A stretch of 34,583 nt of DNA from NCBI RefSeq assembly GCF_004010195.1, contig NC_057758.1:8545565-8580147 (forward strand). The letters are read 5' to 3'. The notes under the pieces were generated by a model, which was not told the origin of the DNA, made no database searches, and saw only the letters and a list, made by a program, of their open reading frames with translations. The translations under genes and the position numbers were made by a program. This document shows, piece by piece, positions 33,456 through 34,583 of the stretch; within the stretch, counting starts at the first letter, position 1, and each line of letters opens with the position of its first letter. Source of the stretch: Chiloscyllium plagiosum. Its lineage: Eukaryota.

Positions 33456-34243
33456 TGCCAGATTTAATAGGCATTTTCTTTATTATACGAATCCATGATA
33501 TATTATGAAGCACCACCCAATGGTAATTGTTGGTTTGTTCCATCGAAATGTGCTCAGTAAGTGTGGAGATTACAAATCAGCATCATACCATGGAACATCT
33601 GTACTTACAAAACCGAGGACAGCCAATCCAGCTCTGAAAATATCCAAGATAATTCACACGCTCAGTGCAAGTTTCGTTCAATAAGCCCACGAACATTACT
33701 CCAGCTGTTTGACACTCTTAGTTTAAGGACACTAATAACGTAGAAACAAACTTTCCTTCATTTTTTGCATAGACTTCTAGTTGTAAGGTTGTTATTCCTC
33801 TGCAGAATAATAAATTCCTTGCCACGTATTCGCTTTGACAGAGTCAGTGTTACTGCGTTTTTCTGCCAGCTGTTCATCACAGTATAGCGGCTTGTTTAAC
33901 TCGACGTCCATCACCAGTAATACTTACTCCCAGCTAAACTGGCACATGAGATGTACAGCTGGGACTCCCTCCCAACAGCCACTTGGATGGGCCAACGCCA
34001 TCTGGACTGGCACTTCTCAACGGCAATTAATGTTGGACTAGCTCCATTAAAATCCCAAATGAATTTTTGAAAAATCCAATTTCCTCATAATAATTGAACA
34101 ATGCAACCATGTTTACTGATCTGATGAGCTTGTTGCGGACTTTGAAGTAGTGAGATGCATTTGCAGAAACCATTTCGTGAATACACTGAAATAACAGGCC
34201 AACTGACAGCCCAGCTCACGAATAACACAAGTTAATGTAGCTT

Positions 34244-34546
34244 TTAATCAGCAGCTGAATGAGCACAACATTCCAGAGCAGAGTCGGCCATACACCTTGG
34301 GGTAACTTTCATTAATGTAGTTTCGTGTATTCTGGCTGGTGTAGACATGTTGCGCTGAACGGCCTGTTTGGGTGCCACATAAGAGTCTATCACTTTAATT
34401 CTTGAAAACAAGAAATATCTCACCATTTCCATAGTTTGTGAGCATCAATTGGTGAAGAATATCATCTCCAAGGTCACATTGCTTCCCGACTTGAATCGAA
34501 ACCATTTTCCCTTCACTGTCACTTGTTCAGAATCCTGTAACTCTCT
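34244..34546 (-). pseudogene. Putative TCR V-segment pseudogene exon (V-set Ig domain)
   Basis: Branch point CACTAAC plus T-tract and CAG acceptor (AG at 34548-34547). One frame follows: ..VTVKGKWFRFKSGSNVTLEM..N*CSQ..FLFS....ADSALECCAHS. Framework-1 spacing matches VTQTPKxxxxKxGxxVTLxC. The single internal TGA (34447-34445) lies where the invariant Trp is expected, and DSALECCA resembles DSAVYYCA. No RSS recognised. Confidence 0.55.
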
Positions 34547-34583
34547 CTGAAAAAAAATGTTAGTGGTCCTGCACCAAGTGGAC

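Noticed and set aside
34225..34270. Recombination signal sequence after the V-like exon
   Set aside because: A nonamer-like ACATTAACT exists on the minus strand, but no heptamer sits at 12- or 23-nt spacing.

Overview
Repeat-dense vertebrate genomic DNA, most likely from a shark. This is inferred from HE1-type V-SINEs, SacSINE/Deu-type SINEs, CR1 LINEs and two clades of Penelope-like elements (PLEs). There are two assembly gaps (10960-11642 and 21313-21811), and no complete protein-coding gene is visible. Most of the window is decayed retroelements: a Gmr1-type Gypsy (protease-integrase-RT order), Neptune and Poseidon PLEs with hammerhead-ribozyme cores, CR1, L1, an old L2/CR1-group LINE and LTR remnants. 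Four things stand out. (1) The short non-repeat islands appear to hold decayed T-cell-receptor (beta-like) V gene segments in both orientations; four are reasonably supported and three are weak. (2) An apparently intact first exon of a GPR139/GPR142-like GPCR, with a 42-bp/14-aa N-terminal repeat, has no second exon in view. (3) That exon sits in one copy of a ~97%-identical local duplication whose two copies have unrelated middles. (4) A near-perfect 265-bp inverted repeat has arms that are Gypsy/Penelope chimeras. All family assignments were made by eye from translated motifs; no searches were run and repeat boundaries are approximate.
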